A DNA stretch of 64,000 nt, taken from assembly GCA_963769935.1 (NCBI GenBank), contig CAVYNY010000010.1, positions 384,001-448,000 of the forward strand. The letters are read 5' to 3'. The notes beneath the pieces are model-generated. The model ran no database searches, was not told the origin of the DNA, and saw only the letters and a list, made by a program, of their open reading frames with translations. A program made the translations under genes and the position numbers. This document shows, one piece after another, positions 63,692-64,000 of this stretch. Every line of letters begins with the position of its first letter. The first letter of the stretch is position 1. Source of the DNA: an uncultured delta proteobacterium. Lineage in GTDB: Bacteria > Desulfobacterota > Desulfobacteria > Desulfobacterales > JAFDCJ01.

Positions 63692-63779
63692 TTGAATAAT
63701 ATCCAAATATGATTTGAATAAATCGCTTGACAATCGAATTATATTCAACTATCAATATTAATTATTGAATTTAATTCAA
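63692..63779. promoter_or_regulatory. Three 15-bp palindromic boxes TTGAAT-N3-ATTCAA (candidate Lrp operators)
   Basis: 63692 TTGAATAATATCCAA, 63734 TCGAATTATATTCAA, 63765 TTGAATTTAATTCAA. Confidence 0.65.
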
Positions 63780-63782
63780 ACC

Positions 63783-64000
63783 ATGGATGCTTTAGACCGT
63801 AAAATACTGGGCGCCCTGCAACAGGATGCAAGAGTTAGAAACGCGGACCTGGCACGCAAGCTGGGCGTGGCCCCGTCCACCATGCTGGAACGGATACGGC
63901 GACTTGAAGAACGCGGATTTTTCAGTGGATTCAAGGCGGTCGTCAATCCCGAAAAGCTGGGGTTTGATGTGCAGGCCCTGGTCTCCGTCTCTTTGGGACA
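63783..64000 (+). CDS. Lrp/AsnC-family transcriptional regulator, 3'-truncated by the window edge
   Basis: MDALDRKILGALQQDARVRNADLARKLGVAPSTMLERIRRLEERG. Confidence 0.93.
   Translation, partial: MDALDRKILGALQQDARVRNADLARKLGVAPSTMLERIRRLEERGFFSGFKAVVNPEKLGFDVQALVSVSLG

Noticed and set aside
1..64000. Selenocysteine or pyrrolysine readthrough; tRNA, rRNA and transposase genes; the many antisense ORFs in the track
   Set aside because: All the broken genes change frame rather than crossing an in-frame TGA or TAG. No RNA-gene or transposase signatures were recognised. The antisense ORFs shadow well-supported genes.

Overview
A gene-dense chromosomal window of roughly 50% GC. Gene content suggests a Desulfobacterota/Desulfobacterales-like anaerobe (inference). 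It is origin-proximal: a perfect parS site lies beside the rpmH-rnpA-yidD-yidC-jag-mnmE block, but dnaA and mnmG are absent. It carries housekeeping genes (dnaK/hsp20, sppA, recX, mtgA, rng, degQ, asnS), a stand-alone DMSO-reductase-family subunit, a BMP-type nucleoside ABC transporter and several motility/surface loci (flgM with a sigma-28 promoter, a PilZ gene, a MinD/FlhG-like ATPase, a type IV minor-pilin operon). Best leads: (1) a c-di-GMP-I riboswitch with a terminator-based expression platform, probably OFF-type, controlling an uncharacterised 77-aa protein just upstream of a sigma-54-driven MinD-like ATPase with 4 x 48-aa repeats; (2) a B12-dependent acyl-CoA mutase with an unusual Leu89/Arg207/Asn244 signature, clustered with an arylacetate-CoA ligase and a divergent Lrp regulator that has three phased 15-bp boxes; (3) a sigma-54/IHF-driven fimT-pilW-pilV-pilX-pilY1 operon with a leader terminator and a ~1500-aa PilY1 carrying an N-terminal C-type lectin domain; (4) a possible structured ncRNA downstream of dnaK. 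Single-base frameshifts cluster at 28.4-30.1 kb and 58.6-63.2 kb, including in asnS, and are most likely sequencing or assembly errors. No rRNA, tRNA, CRISPR array or transposase was recognised. All family assignments come from motif recognition by eye; no database searches were run.
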